The position numbers and the translations under genes were made by a program. Shown here piece after piece: positions 63,938-64,000 of a stretch of DNA of 64,000 nucleotides (positions within the stretch are counted from its first letter, which is position 1; each line of letters starts with the position of its first letter). Under the pieces are notes generated by a model that was not told the origin of the DNA, searched no databases, and saw nothing but the letters and a program-made list of their open reading frames with translations. Source of the stretch: Solirubrobacterales bacterium (GTDB taxonomy: Bacteria; Actinomycetota; Thermoleophilia; Solirubrobacterales; 70-9); the NCBI GenBank assembly GCA_017882505.1, contig JADGPJ010000004.1, positions 2,582 through 66,581 on the forward strand. The letters are read 5' to 3'.

Positions 63938-64000
63938 ATCCGTCAAGCCCTCGACCCATTAGTACCGGTCGGCTGAGCACATTACTGCGCTTACACCGCC
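63938..64000 (-). rRNA. rrl: 23S ribosomal RNA, 3'-terminal fragment (continues beyond the window end)
   Basis: The reverse complement GGCGGTGTAAGCGCAGTAATGTGCTCAGCCGACCGGTACTAATGGGTCGAGGGCTTGACGG matches the conserved 23S 3' end (E. coli ...GGTGTGTAAGCGCAGCGATGCGTTGAGCTAACCGGTACTAATGAACCGTGAGGCTTAACC). The exact 3' end is approximate. Confidence 0.8.

Noticed and set aside
1-64000. Searched by eye for CRISPR arrays, tandem or interspersed repeats, transposases, integrases, phage genes, toxin-antitoxin pairs and known defence-system domains.
   Set aside because: None found. Nearly all coding capacity is explained by housekeeping or envelope genes with very short spacers. I therefore do not claim a novel defence or mobile system in this window.

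Overview
This is a dense, very GC-rich window (roughly 70% by eye, with GC3 near saturation in real genes). It looks like core chromosome of an Actinomycetota-type bacterium. MurT/GatD, VKOR-DsbA, SepF, the GarA-like FHA plus FtsR-like MerR neighbourhood and a single-motif RsiG-like protein all point that way. A deep-branching class such as Thermoleophilia or Rubrobacteria is my inference, not a demonstrated result.

I call about 72 CDS, the 3' end of an rRNA operon (23S end plus 5S, minus strand), one riboswitch candidate, one promoter and three terminator-like hairpins. The main blocks, in order:
- hflX-dut.
- A 5-gene envelope operon in which murT and gatD are separated by a methyltransferase.
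- A thiol-redox group (cyclophilin, Bcp, VKOR, DsbA, later CcdA).
- A lipid-phosphate island (two DAG-kinase-like kinases, PAP2, two PLC/AcpA-type phosphoesterases).
- Small accessory-like genes, then dinB.
- An RlpA-like gene behind a ydaO/c-di-AMP-type leader.
- WS/DGAT, nadE and an AGPS-like flavoprotein.
- The conserved pgsA / FHA / MerR locus.
- The conserved rpsB-tsf-pyrH-frr-uppS-cdsA-dxr-rseP...ispG-proS block.
- A distal division module (pgeF-yggS-sepF...proC-yggT-lspA-rluD).
- hisZGDBHAF, then murA.

From about 32.5 kb to the end almost everything is on the minus strand, co-oriented with the rRNA operon.

I found no CRISPR array, transposase, integrase, tRNA, or recognisable defence or toxin system, and I do not claim a new multi-gene system. 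The most interesting items are:
- The RsiG-like c-di-GMP motif protein at 35896-36159.
- A membrane-tethered sigma-region-4-like HTH protein.
- The lipid-phosphate island, whose kinase and phosphatase start codons lie 11 nt apart back to back.
- Two secreted-protein genes inserted into otherwise conserved syntenic blocks.

Many long ORFs in the track are GC-driven antisense artefacts and were rejected. Several starts were moved to internal ATG/GTG/TTG codons on the basis of neighbouring stops, SD sequences and N-terminal homology. These revised starts are less certain than the stops.
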